From Thermodesulfovibrionia bacterium (GTDB lineage Bacteria > Nitrospirota > Thermodesulfovibrionia > UBA6902), in the NCBI GenBank assembly GCA_945787795.1, contig CALZJD010000001.1:5776-69775 (forward strand): a stretch of DNA of 64,000 nt, in the 5' to 3' direction. Made by a program: the position numbers and the translations under genes. Of this stretch, positions 36,428-46,501 are shown piece after piece. The notes beneath the pieces are model-generated. The model had not been told where the DNA came from, made no database searches, and worked only from the letters and a program-made list of their open reading frames with translations. How positions within the stretch are numbered: the stretch's first letter is position 1; every line of letters begins with the position of its first letter.

Positions 36428-37912
36428 TCAGCCAACTATTTCAACACGATAATACCAGTAAAACTGCTGTTGACTGATATCTGATTCATCCTCTATCGCA
36501 CCACGAATCCCGAAGAGTCCGCGATCTATCCTCTGACTACGTTCTTCTGAAGTTAATTTGCCGATAACTTCAATACCGTTCACTCTGAAGCTGTTAATTG
36601 TATCCCGTTCAACATCGTGGTCAGCGACGATCTCATATTCCCCCTCCGACATCGAATATGGAAGAACTGAATCGGGAATGATTGTGTTTGTGCGGTATCC
36701 ATTTTTTCCGTCACCAACACGATACACTAATCCTCCGGCTTGCCCCGAACCGCCGACGTTCAGTAAAACACCAATAAAAGTAGAGTTAAACTCCTGAGGC
36801 CCGGAAGGGTCCGCAAGAATGAAAATACCCGCCTCCTGTCTGCCGGAGGATATCCTCATGCCAACACCCATAGACAGACTTACGCGAGTGGAGTACCGGA
36901 TTACTCCGGATTCAGGACTCGTCCTATCCTGGTAAAGCCTTGTGATATTAGTACCACTTCCTGGTGCTCTATAACGTATAGATGTCTGATACAGGTCTAT
37001 TTTCATGTCTCCTTCATGCACGGCCTCAATCCATCTATGCTGCTCTATTTTCCCCTGATTCAGATCGTCACTATTCTCCCTGTTAAAATAATCCCGAAAA
37101 ACAATACGGTCATCTACCGAGGGCGGTTCTGCCTTTTCAATAATCAATGAATTCATCCTTATGCTGTGGAAACCTTCATCTACAACTCTTTTCAGTTTAT
37201 TGGACACGCCCTTTGCATAAATGTGATCTTTGACAATCCATCTTACCCACCCCTGATACCATGTTCCTGAATGTCTCCAGCTCCATCCGGCATACGCGGG
37301 ATCGCCCACAACAATGCGAAGATGAGCGTCGGTCACCTCAACAAGGCCTGTCCCCTCTATTAAGAAGTTTCCCTTTACAGCAAGAGGGGCTCCGAAATTG
37401 GCGCCTGCAAATACAACATCATGTGAGCGGCATTTAAAACTGCGCTGATCCACTACGGGCAGAGGCCCTCCCGGGTTCACGGAAGCGCAGGTAACGCGAT
37501 ACCAGCCATCAGGAAGATCAATGCGGAAAACCATCGGCACATTGTCAAAGTGCGCGCCCTGCATATTTGAAAGTTCAAGACGTCCTGCTTCAGCAGGAGA
37601 TGTTATCGTGCCGTCATGAAGCTCAATTGCAGCATATTGGCCTCGGTCGCGGCCGTTGCCGGCCAGATCTGTCAGCCACCCATACCCCCGCGAACCACTA
37701 TAGATTGAGCCATCGTATTCTTCCCATCCTTCAGGATTGGGAGTCATGCGGCTTCCCTTGACTACAAAATTGATTTTCTTTATTATGCCCCTCATCCTGT
37801 CAACTCCATTTTCCGAAACCATATCTGACTGATAGTTATTTGCTGACACTACTGTTTGATAAAAAGATATCAAAAGGAGACAGGCACCGGCGACATAAAA
37901 CCTGCGCTTCAT
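36428..37912 (-). CDS. Secreted protein of unknown function (beta-sandwich / carbohydrate-binding-like)
   Basis: 494-aa ORF with the signal peptide MKRRFYVAGACLLLISFYQTVVSA. The GYGW...FRIDLPDGWYRVTCA pattern resembles lectin-like beta-sandwich modules, and I recognised no catalytic motif. The gene is markedly GC-rich (spot counts 39/60 at 37441-37500 and 38/60 at 37621-37680). A 4-nt overlap links it to the upstream carbamoyltransferase gene. Confidence 0.6.
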   Translation of the reverse strand: MKRRFYVAGACLLLISFYQTVVSANNYQSDMVSENGVDRMRGIIKKINFVVKGSRMTPNPEGWEEYDGSIYSGSRGYGWLTDLAGNGRDRGQYAAIELHDGTITSPAEAGRLELSNMQGAHFDNVPMVFRIDLPDGWYRVTCASVNPGGPLPVVDQRSFKCRSHDVVFAGANFGAPLAVKGNFLIEGTGLVEVTDAHLRIVVGDPAYAGWSWRHSGTWYQGWVRWIVKDHIYAKGVSNKLKRVVDEGFHSIRMNSLIIEKAEPPSVDDRIVFRDYFNRENSDDLNQGKIEQHRWIEAVHEGDMKIDLYQTSIRYRAPGSGTNITRLYQDRTSPESGVIRYSTRVSLSMGVGMRISSGRQEAGIFILADPSGPQEFNSTFIGVLLNVGGSGQAGGLVYRVGDGKNGYRTNTIIPDSVLPYSMSEGEYEIVADHDVERDTINSFRVNGIEVIGKLTSEERSQRIDRGLFGIRGAIEDESDISQQQFYWYYRVEIVG

Positions 37913-39696
37913 AAATCCTGCTTCTGCCGCACTTTCATTCTAACAAGCTTACGCGTTATTTCATATTTGTTTTTGACCAGGTAATTGCCGATAGCAAGAT
38001 AGTCCAGATGTCCAAGTTTAAAAGCCCTCAGAGCATCGTAGGGAGTACAGACAATCGGCTCTTCATGCATATTGAAGCTCGTGTTAATGATTACGGGCAC
38101 GCCTGTCAGGTCATCGAAAGCCTTTATTATATTATGGTAGCTTGGATTATCAGTGTTTCTCACAAGCTGGGGACGGGCTGTGTTGTCAATATGAACTACA
38201 CCGGCACAATGCTCCCTCATCCATTCTGTACAATTAAATGTAACTGTCATAAATCTTGCTGCATCTTCTGCACCCTTGAAATTCACAAAGCACTGCTCAG
38301 CCTTTTCATATAACACGGAAGGCGCAAAAGGCATGAATTCCGTTCTCACAAGGTTTTTATTAAGCCAGTCATTAACATTCGAATCAGAGGGATGGTAAAG
38401 GATTGATCGGTTGCCCAGCGCTCTGGGACCGTATTCCATTCTCCCGTTGAAGCGGGCGACTACATATCCCTCTGCCAGCAGTGATGCTATCTCTTTTTCT
38501 ATTTCTTCAAACCGCCTGTGTTTATAGCCCGCATCCTTTATGGCCGATTCAATTTCTGAATCATCAAACTCAAAGCCTAAATAAGCATCGTTAATAACAG
38601 GGGCTTGAGGGAATGCACCACTGGCGCTCATACTCTCCGCCCAGGACGCAAGCGCAGCACCTACAGCAAGACCCTCATCAGACATTCCGGGATGAATAAA
38701 TATATCTTCAACTTCTTCCAGTTCAAAAACTTCCTGGTTTATTCTTACGTTGGCAAATACTCCTCCGGCAAGGGCCAGTTTGGTCATCTTCGTTTTCTCC
38801 ATCCAGTACTTCACGTAATCTCTGCACAAATTCTCTGACAGCTTTTGAATACTGGAAGCGAGGTCATCTCTGCTGAAATTTTCACCTATCACATTTTTTA
38901 TTTTTTCTATGGCACTGTTGAAAAGCACACCGCCTGTATTTACCATTCTGCCCTTTGAACAGGAAATAAGCGAATTGATTGAATCGTAATATACAGGTTT
39001 CCCACGGGCAGCAAGACCTGTTATCTTGCCCTCATGCTTTTTTGCCTTAAAACCGCAGATCGCTGTTACGTATGCATAGTAATTACCGAGCGAATCATAA
39101 CTGTCGACTTTTGAAAGAAGTTCAAGTCTGCCGTCTTTTCCCAAATAAACATGAGAGGAGTTGCGGTCTCCGCCGCCGTCCATGGTAACAACCAGCCCGT
39201 CCTTGTAACCACTGGTAAAATAAGCAGAAGCAGCGTGAGTGTAATGGTGGTCATGGAAAGATACAGGGGCGTTTATTGAAAACTCATTACTGAGAATCTC
39301 TCTTATTCTTTTCCTTCTTTTAATGTTAATCGGTCTTCTTAGCAGATAATATAATGACTTGAGTACGGGAATACTGTTTGCCACTTTACTGAATTTCGAC
39401 GCAAAGTTAAAAAACAGATTATGTGTATCACGAATGTCCCCTCTTTCTTCAAACCAGCCTTTCCACTCTTTAATTTCCTCATTCAGTTTCATGTCAACCT
39501 GGGCTATGCCCACTGCATCGATACGGGTAGGCTCTATTCCTGCTATTTTCAACACGGCCTTTATTGAAGCGCGGGGAAATCCTCTTGCCTGTTTCAGTCT
39601 CACAAGTCTCTCCTCATTAATGGCTGCAACAATCGCTCCATCAACAATGACAGCAGCACCGCTTGTCTGACCGTCCGTAATTCCCAAAATTACCAT
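37909..39696 (-). CDS. Carbamoyltransferase (NodU/CmcH family)
   Basis: 595-aa ORF with MVILGITDGQTSGAAVIVDGAIVAAINEERLVRLK, FHDHHYTHAASAYFTSG and the C-terminal carbamoyltransferase region ...TSFNMHEEPIVCTP. Confidence 0.85.
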   Translation of the reverse strand: MVILGITDGQTSGAAVIVDGAIVAAINEERLVRLKQARGFPRASIKAVLKIAGIEPTRIDAVGIAQVDMKLNEEIKEWKGWFEERGDIRDTHNLFFNFASKFSKVANSIPVLKSLYYLLRRPINIKRRKRIREILSNEFSINAPVSFHDHHYTHAASAYFTSGYKDGLVVTMDGGGDRNSSHVYLGKDGRLELLSKVDSYDSLGNYYAYVTAICGFKAKKHEGKITGLAARGKPVYYDSINSLISCSKGRMVNTGGVLFNSAIEKIKNVIGENFSRDDLASSIQKLSENLCRDYVKYWMEKTKMTKLALAGGVFANVRINQEVFELEEVEDIFIHPGMSDEGLAVGAALASWAESMSASGAFPQAPVINDAYLGFEFDDSEIESAIKDAGYKHRRFEEIEKEIASLLAEGYVVARFNGRMEYGPRALGNRSILYHPSDSNVNDWLNKNLVRTEFMPFAPSVLYEKAEQCFVNFKGAEDAARFMTVTFNCTEWMREHCAGVVHIDNTARPQLVRNTDNPSYHNIIKAFDDLTGVPVIINTSFNMHEEPIVCTPYDALRAFKLGHLDYLAIGNYLVKNKYEITRKLVRMKVRQKQDL

Positions 39697-39742
39697 TCAC
39701 TATTCTCCTTCAGATTACCTTACCAGGCATATATTGTAACTG

Positions 39743-40723
39743 TTACATCCTCAGCCACTTGTCAATTTCTCCTATGGCCCTGCTCATTACCTTCCTGTCA
39801 TATATATTGAATCCGAGCACTCCCATTGAATTAAAGTAATGGTCAGAATTTTCTATCGTCATATATTTTTTCGGTTCACTCAACAACTCATAGTATTCTC
39901 TCAGGTATATCTTGTCCGGATCATTTTCAAGCTCACCATCAATAAGAAACAGGGGCTTATGAGTAGACTCCGAAAAATAGGGAATATATCGGGCCATATC
40001 AGAGGCGTTCTGTTTAAGCCATATCTCTTTTGTATACCATGTGGGGAACTCCTTTTTATAGACAAGCTTTCTGGTTTTCTGTGCTCTCTGCCAGAAATAC
40101 TCAACATCTTTCGGGTCCTCTGCTCTCTCCGATGACCGGCGAGGAGGTCCAATGGCAACAATTTTCCGAAAACCGTCTTCCTGAATCCCCATTTCAAATG
40201 CTGAGTCAGCTCCTCCGGAATGCCCTATAACATAGACTTCATCCTTATCAATATAATCAAGCTTGATCATATATGATAGTGCTGCCATGACATCTTTATT
40301 ATTATCCAGTGCCTCTACCGAGTCGAGTTGGAATGGATCATCAGATTCTCCGTACCCTGCGAAGTCTATTGTTAATACGATATATCCCATTTGAGCAAAT
40401 CTGCTCGCCATTATCAAATACATAGACAGTTTCCTGCCAAGTGGGGTATTGCCATGCAGCAAAATAATACCCGGCCTTTTTCCATCGCCCTTTACGCCAT
40501 AAAGACTTGCTGATATCCCGAGCCCGTCACTTCGTTTCAGTTTTATGTCTTTGTCCGGAAGGCAGAGGCAAAACCAGAGATCTGTAATATCATTTTTTTC
40601 AAGAAATTGTATAAGCCTTTGGGCTCTCCAGGGAAGTTTCTCTTTAATGTCATCCTTAAAAAGAAAAAGAAGAATGCCTGTAGAAATAAACAACAGGACT
40701 AAAACTGAAATGGCTTTTTTCAC
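39743..40723 (-). CDS. Alpha/beta-fold hydrolase with N-terminal membrane anchor
   Basis: 326-aa ORF with a TM segment (AISVLVLLFISTGILLFLF), ILLHGNTPLG, the nucleophile elbow VIGHSGGADSA (GxSxG) and a distal ENSDHYF. Confidence 0.7.
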   Translation of the reverse strand: MKKAISVLVLLFISTGILLFLFKDDIKEKLPWRAQRLIQFLEKNDITDLWFCLCLPDKDIKLKRSDGLGISASLYGVKGDGKRPGIILLHGNTPLGRKLSMYLIMASRFAQMGYIVLTIDFAGYGESDDPFQLDSVEALDNNKDVMAALSYMIKLDYIDKDEVYVIGHSGGADSAFEMGIQEDGFRKIVAIGPPRRSSERAEDPKDVEYFWQRAQKTRKLVYKKEFPTWYTKEIWLKQNASDMARYIPYFSESTHKPLFLIDGELENDPDKIYLREYYELLSEPKKYMTIENSDHYFNSMGVLGFNIYDRKVMSRAIGEIDKWLRM

Positions 40724-40780
40724 TCGACCGCTCTTTGGCGCATTAGCCGTCCGGACATCCGGGCTTGTGCATTCAATTAT

Positions 40781-42724
40781 CTATGCCCCTGCCCTGCTTT
40801 CGTTATAGACACTAAGTACCACGTCCTCTACTTCTTCACGATTCATCCGCTCAATAAATAATCTGTGCCAGATTTCCATATTCAGCAGCATCCAGATCCT
40901 TACATGATTATCGATCTTATTGCTTCTATGTGACTCAATTAAATCCTTCACCTTTTCTTTACGAAAAATCCCTTCTTTTACAAAGTGGGATTCGAGAAGC
41001 ATTTTAGTAACAAAATCATAGAGCTCATTTCTAAACCAATAAGCTACAGGAAACATGAAGCCCTGTTTTTTCCGGCTTAAAATCTCACTCTGAAGATAAC
41101 GTTCGCCCAGTTTCCTCAGCACATATTTAAGGGTCCTGTTGCGTATCTTGATCGTGCTGGGAAATTTTGCAAGCGTTTCGACCAGTGCGTGATCCAGAAA
41201 CGGCGAGCGCGCTTCAAGACTATGGGCCATGTTCATTCTGTCAGTAAGCATCAAAGTATGTTCAGGCAGTCTCGTCATAAAATCCGCATAAAGCATTTTA
41301 TCAATCTGATCTTCTGCATTTGGTTTATCATATTGTTGAACAATCACGTCCGTTGAATTTATTTTCTTTAGACGGTTCCATATATCGGGGTGAAAAAGGG
41401 CGGCTTTATCGCTGTGATTAAAACGGAAGAAGGCTGTTGCCTCCGCATATCTCTCGCCATCTTCAAAAAAAGAGAGCTGGTTTACCCACCTCATCTTTTG
41501 TGTAGCGCTCTTATATGTAAAACTGTCCGGAATCATATCTACAAGAGGGGCGATCATTGACTTCCTCACAAAATCCGGGATCATTCGATAGTAACTGATC
41601 ATTCTTAATCCGGCATACCTGTCAAATCCCGCAAACAGCTCATCTCCCCCGTCGCCTCCCATCACGACCTTAACATGATGAGACGCAAGCCGGGCGCCAT
41701 GAAACATGCAGGCAGCTATGGGATCAGAAGGCTCATCCATGTGCCATATCATTTTAGTCAGGAGAGTTACAAGGTCGGCCTTGACCAGTTCTTCAACATG
41801 ATCGGTCTTATACTGCGAGGCTACCATCCTGGCATAAGGCAATTCATTGAAATCGTCCTCTTCCACACCAATAGCAAACGTTTTAAAATTTGATTTCAAA
41901 AGGCAGCCCATAACAGCTACCACCATACTGGTATCCATACCCCCGCTCAAAAAAGCGCCTATATCCACATCACTTACCAGGTGTGATTCAATGGCACTGG
42001 TCAGGTGTTCGTCCAGACACTCAATATATTCGTTGTCCGAGAGTAGAAGTTTTTCATTGAAATCAATATCCCAGTAACGGTCCAGCCGCACCTTTCCCTT
42101 CTGGAAAACAAGTATATGGGCCGGCGGTAATTTCTTTATTTTGTGAAACATTGTACCGGGAGAAGGAATAAACCTTAATGAAAAGTAATGATGAACAGAT
42201 TCATAGTCGATGTCCCTGTCGACTTCATTACCCGTCAGAATAGACTTGATTTCCGAAGCAAAATGAAAAATATTATTATCATAGAGATAGAAGACCGGTT
42301 TTTGCCCTAACCTGTCACGCGCAAGAAGCAGTTTCTGGTTTTTCTCATCCCAGATAGCAAACGCATACATTCCACTGAGTCTTTCAACACACCGGTCACC
42401 ATATTCCTCGAAGAGATGGATAATGACTTCCGTGTCTGACCTCGTCCTGAATGTATGTCCCCTGTTAATGAGTTCTGCTCTCAGCTCCCGGTAATTATAG
42501 ACCTCTCCGTTGCATACAATCCATACGGATTGATCTTCATTGCATATAGGCTGCTTTCCGCCTTCAAGGTCAATAATACTTAAGCGGCGATGTCCCAATC
42601 CAACCGGCCCCTTAATATAGTACCCTTCATCATCGGGACCTCGATGAACAAGCATGTTGTTCATAAGCATCATTTCTTCCCGGCTTACTCCGGATTTATT
42701 GATTTTTCCGCAGATACCACACAT
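40781..42724 (-). CDS. asnB: Asparagine synthase-family glutamine amidotransferase (paralog 2)
   Basis: 647-aa ORF with an MCGICG Cys nucleophile, RGPDD and an LSGGMDTS PP-loop. Confidence 0.9.
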   Translation of the reverse strand: MCGICGKINKSGVSREEMMLMNNMLVHRGPDDEGYYIKGPVGLGHRRLSIIDLEGGKQPICNEDQSVWIVCNGEVYNYRELRAELINRGHTFRTRSDTEVIIHLFEEYGDRCVERLSGMYAFAIWDEKNQKLLLARDRLGQKPVFYLYDNNIFHFASEIKSILTGNEVDRDIDYESVHHYFSLRFIPSPGTMFHKIKKLPPAHILVFQKGKVRLDRYWDIDFNEKLLLSDNEYIECLDEHLTSAIESHLVSDVDIGAFLSGGMDTSMVVAVMGCLLKSNFKTFAIGVEEDDFNELPYARMVASQYKTDHVEELVKADLVTLLTKMIWHMDEPSDPIAACMFHGARLASHHVKVVMGGDGGDELFAGFDRYAGLRMISYYRMIPDFVRKSMIAPLVDMIPDSFTYKSATQKMRWVNQLSFFEDGERYAEATAFFRFNHSDKAALFHPDIWNRLKKINSTDVIVQQYDKPNAEDQIDKMLYADFMTRLPEHTLMLTDRMNMAHSLEARSPFLDHALVETLAKFPSTIKIRNRTLKYVLRKLGERYLQSEILSRKKQGFMFPVAYWFRNELYDFVTKMLLESHFVKEGIFRKEKVKDLIESHRSNKIDNHVRIWMLLNMEIWHRLFIERMNREEVEDVVLSVYNESRAGA

Positions 42725-42748
42725 TATAAATTAATCGCATCCCGATCC

Positions 42749-43732
42749 TCAGTTATTATGATTTTCATTAAAAACAATCTGCTTACGGCAGTCACGGAGA
42801 CCTTCCAGAAAAGAAACCCGGGGTACAAAGCCAAGGAGCTTTCGTGACTTTGATATATCAAAAGAATTATTTGTATCAAAAAACTCCAGTGTCCTCCTTG
42901 ACAGGGGAGGTTCCTTTTTCATTAATCTAAAAACACCTTCTGCAGCGGCTGCAAGTACGAAGCCCATCCAGTATGGAATTCTGATTCTGGGTTTCTGTAT
43001 TTCAAGCGCCGTACAAAAATTATCGACCAATTCATTGGTCGTAATGGCACGTTCTCCGCCAATAACAAACATCTCACCTATTGCAGACTCTTTGTCCATG
43101 GCAAGCCTGAATGCGTCCATCATATCTTTAATGTATATGGGGTGGCGCATGTTATTACACTTGCCGATCATTATAAACATCCCTTTCCTCAGGGCCCGGG
43201 ACAATTTCATTGTTCTCGGGCAGCCCGGACCGAAGACCCATGCAGGCCTGATGATGACTACAGAAAAGGATGTTTCCCTGCTGAACTTTATCACTTCTTC
43301 CTCTCCGGCCACTTTTGTTTCACCATAGATCGATTGAGGAACACAGGGCGTTTCTTCATTGGCAGGCCAGGATTTCAAGTTGCCATATGCACCTACCGAG
43401 CTTACATGAATAAACCGTGAGACACCGCTGTTTTTTGCCAGCTCCAGAAATGCCCTCAGGCTGTGAACATTAATGTTCCAGTACTCCTCTTCTGTAAGGC
43501 TGATCTCCAGATGGGCACTTGCCAGATGAAATATTATCTCTACTCCTTCCAGAAGTTTTTTCATGAGTTCCTTATCCCTGAAATCTCCGATGACAGGTCT
43601 GAAATCCTCCCCGGAACTATCATCCGGGAAGTGCAGATCAACCCCCGTTACATCATATCCCGATGCAGAAAGGTCCCTGCAGAGATGATATCCTATAAAG
43701 CCTCCGCCTCCTGTAATTAATACTTTTCTCAT
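42749..43732 (-). CDS. NAD-dependent epimerase/dehydratase (extended SDR)
   Basis: 327-aa ORF with VLITGGGGFIGYHL (GxxGxxG) and YGETKVAGE (YxxxK). Confidence 0.85.
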   Translation of the reverse strand: MRKVLITGGGGFIGYHLCRDLSASGYDVTGVDLHFPDDSSGEDFRPVIGDFRDKELMKKLLEGVEIIFHLASAHLEISLTEEEYWNINVHSLRAFLELAKNSGVSRFIHVSSVGAYGNLKSWPANEETPCVPQSIYGETKVAGEEEVIKFSRETSFSVVIIRPAWVFGPGCPRTMKLSRALRKGMFIMIGKCNNMRHPIYIKDMMDAFRLAMDKESAIGEMFVIGGERAITTNELVDNFCTALEIQKPRIRIPYWMGFVLAAAAEGVFRLMKKEPPLSRRTLEFFDTNNSFDISKSRKLLGFVPRVSFLEGLRDCRKQIVFNENHNN

Positions 43733-43739
43733 TCCGCCA

Positions 43740-44552
43740 TTACTCCCCCGATTTTTTTCCTGATACCATTACCGCGTAACCGGTGATGTAAAAAAAGAGC
43801 ACATCCAGCCTCGATATCAACCAGAATAAGGGGTAGATAAATGAATACATCCTGTATGTCTTTTCAACCGATTTCAACTGGTCCTTTGTTGCCGGCGCAA
43901 TAGTGCCCTCCTCTACGGCCGCTTTGCTTTTTTTCGAAAGTATCATTACATACAGATAATTTATGCTCAGCTCAAGCATCTCAGTAAAAAACCGTGAGAA
44001 ACTGCTCTCTTTATATGGTTCGATATTTGCTGATTTCATGACCTCCTTTAACTCTGGGATATCCAGCCCTTCCCTGAAATGACCGTATTTTTCTTTTGTC
44101 ATACCCACAGCATTTTTTATCCGCGTAACAAGTTTTTTCTCATCACCATTAGGCACGGTAATTACAACCTGGCCGCCCTTTCTTGCAACTCGCCAGAGTT
44201 CGCCGGTAAAAGGCACCGGATCTGCAAGGTGTTCATGAACGTCAATTGATACAATACAATCAAAGGTCTCATCCTCAAATGGCAGTTTTTCAACTTCAAT
44301 TTTATGAACTTTATCCTGCAATAGTTCTTCCATTTCCTTTATACTTTTATCTTCCAGATCGGCCCAGGACCATTCACCGCCTATTTCCCTGAGATAATAG
44401 TTCATTGCACCATTGTTGTCACCACACGTTACCAGCAGACACTTCCCATTAACCTGAATATCCTCAATATGTCTCTTCAGATGCTTCAATCTGAATTTCT
44501 TTTTTAGAGTCTTTTGAAACATTTTTACCTGCCACGGTGTTGTATCAGACAT
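43740..44552 (-). CDS. Class I SAM-dependent methyltransferase
   Basis: I chose the start at 44552 (MSDTTPWQVKMF...), which is preceded by AAAGGAGAGGGT. The longer track ORF (to 44651) overlaps the asnB 3' end. Motifs: CLLVTCGDNNGAMNYYL and DCIVSIDVHEHLADP. Confidence 0.7.
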   Translation of the reverse strand: MSDTTPWQVKMFQKTLKKKFRLKHLKRHIEDIQVNGKCLLVTCGDNNGAMNYYLREIGGEWSWADLEDKSIKEMEELLQDKVHKIEVEKLPFEDETFDCIVSIDVHEHLADPVPFTGELWRVARKGGQVVITVPNGDEKKLVTRIKNAVGMTKEKYGHFREGLDIPELKEVMKSANIEPYKESSFSRFFTEMLELSINYLYVMILSKKSKAAVEEGTIAPATKDQLKSVEKTYRMYSFIYPLFWLISRLDVLFFYITGYAVMVSGKKSGE

Positions 44553-44599
44553 ACCCTCTCCTTTCAAAATCACCCTGCACAACATAACGATCCCTTGAT

Positions 44600-46480
44600 T
44601 CAGGCATGATAAAACCTCTCCATCCAGAGCTGAAAAAGCATCAGGCTCCATATCTGATGACTATTGTTCATTCTATTATCAAGATGGTCTTTCATCATCG
44701 TCTCAATATAATCGGGATTAAAGATCCCCTGTTTTTCTATACGGTCATATGAGAGCATATCGGTCATCATGGGTTTAACCGGGCCCTTGAGCCAGTTCTT
44801 CATTGGAATGCTGAAACCCTGTTTGGGCTTGTTTATCACATTATCAGGCAGCATCTTTTCCGTCATCTTCTTCAGCACATACTTTGTCTTAAAATTTTTT
44901 ATCTTTAAGTCCTGGGGGATTGAAAGGGCGAATTCCACAACCCTGTGGTCCAGAAAGGGAACCCTCGCCTCAAGAGACGTTGCCATACTCATCCTGTCGA
45001 CCTTGACAAGGATATTGTCCACGAGATATGTTTTAATATCTAAGTACATTGACCTGTTGATCCCGCAAAGCCTGTTCTTATCAAGGTATCTCGTGATGAA
45101 TGAAAATGCGCTGCCAGCATCGATGCTTCTGGAGACTTCATCACTGAAGATATGATTATTTTCTTCAGGTCTGAGGAATATCATCCAGCGGAAGTGATCA
45201 TATTGCTCAGGCATGGATGTCCCTCCTACAAAACGCTTAATCTTGTTGATCACTCCTTTCTTCTTTTCAGTGGGAGGCAGAATATTGGCAAGCGGCTGGA
45301 TGATATACTTCCTTAAATGAAAGGGGATCAATGAGTAATACCGGTAAAGTTTTTGTGCTATATATGTGTCATACCCCCCGAAAAGTTCATCTCCTCCATC
45401 CCCTGAAAGAATTACCTTTACTTTCTCCCTTGCCAGTCTTGATACTAAATATGTCGGGAAAATAGAAAAGTCACCGATGGGATCATCCATGTAATTGATA
45501 AGGTTTTCAATAAGGTCTATAGCAGAGGGCTCTATTACCTGGTCTGTATGATCTGTGCCAAACAGTCCAGCTACCTGTGCCGCATAACTCAGCTCGTTGT
45601 AGCTTTTATCATGAAAACCAATCGAGAATGTCTTCGGCTTACTATCAAGCAGTCCGGTCATTTGCCCCACAATTGAGCTTGAATCAATACCGCCACTCAG
45701 GAAGGCGCCAAAGGGCACATCAGACCTGAGACGTAATCTTACAGAGTCCCTAAGCAGAGATTCGAGCTCTTCAACAGTCTCTTCCTCCGACCGCTCCTTT
45801 TCCTCTATCTCTTCGGCGCTCCAGTATTGCCTGATCTTAACACCACTGCTATCTGCGTAGAGAAAATGACCGGGGGGAAGTTTTTTGATGCTCTGTATTA
45901 ATGTTCCCGGAAAGGGGATAAATTCAAAGGCCAGATACTGGGACAAGGCCTCAAGATCCAGTTCAAGGTCCAGGTTTTTTTCCTCCAATATTGCCTTGAT
46001 TTCTGAACCAAATATTAATCTATTCTTATCGAGCATGTAATAAAAAGGCTTGATGCCCAGCCTGTCGCGGGCACAGAATAGTTCTTTATTCTTTTCGTCC
46101 CAGATAGCAAATGCGAACATACCGTTTAAATATTTGAGGCATCCCTCTGAATACTCCTCATAGAGATGCAAGATAACTTCTGTGTCAGAATTTGTTTTGA
46201 AAGTATGGCCTTTTGTCACAAGATCTGGTCTCAGTTCCTTGTAATTATATATTTCTCCGTTAAATACTATATAAAGTGAGTTGTTCTCGTTGGAGATTGG
46301 CTGCTTTCCTGTTTCGAGATCAATAATGCTCAACCTTCTCATTCCTATTCCTATATTATCTTTTATATAACTTCCCACATCATCCGGCCCTCTGTGAACT
46401 ATGGTCTGACACATACTTTCTATGATATTTGTATCAACAGTTTCGCCATTAAGTTTCAGATATCCAACTATTCCACACAT
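44600..46480 (-). CDS. asnB: Asparagine synthase-family glutamine amidotransferase (paralog 3)
   Basis: 626-aa ORF with an MCGIVG Cys nucleophile, RGPDD and an LSGGIDSS PP-loop. Confidence 0.9.
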   Translation of the reverse strand: MCGIVGYLKLNGETVDTNIIESMCQTIVHRGPDDVGSYIKDNIGIGMRRLSIIDLETGKQPISNENNSLYIVFNGEIYNYKELRPDLVTKGHTFKTNSDTEVILHLYEEYSEGCLKYLNGMFAFAIWDEKNKELFCARDRLGIKPFYYMLDKNRLIFGSEIKAILEEKNLDLELDLEALSQYLAFEFIPFPGTLIQSIKKLPPGHFLYADSSGVKIRQYWSAEEIEEKERSEEETVEELESLLRDSVRLRLRSDVPFGAFLSGGIDSSSIVGQMTGLLDSKPKTFSIGFHDKSYNELSYAAQVAGLFGTDHTDQVIEPSAIDLIENLINYMDDPIGDFSIFPTYLVSRLAREKVKVILSGDGGDELFGGYDTYIAQKLYRYYSLIPFHLRKYIIQPLANILPPTEKKKGVINKIKRFVGGTSMPEQYDHFRWMIFLRPEENNHIFSDEVSRSIDAGSAFSFITRYLDKNRLCGINRSMYLDIKTYLVDNILVKVDRMSMATSLEARVPFLDHRVVEFALSIPQDLKIKNFKTKYVLKKMTEKMLPDNVINKPKQGFSIPMKNWLKGPVKPMMTDMLSYDRIEKQGIFNPDYIETMMKDHLDNRMNNSHQIWSLMLFQLWMERFYHA

Positions 46481-46501
46481 AATAATTATGTATTTAAAAA
46501 A

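Noticed and set aside
44553-44651. N-terminal extensions of track ORFs that overlap upstream genes: the methyltransferase to 44651, the chain-length determinant to 57446, prsT to 62401 and the ATPase to 53747.
   Set aside because: Internal starts with good Shine-Dalgarno sequences (AAAGGAGAGGGT, GAAGGAGAGAAA, GAGGGG, AGGTGAT) give canonical N-termini and remove the overlaps.
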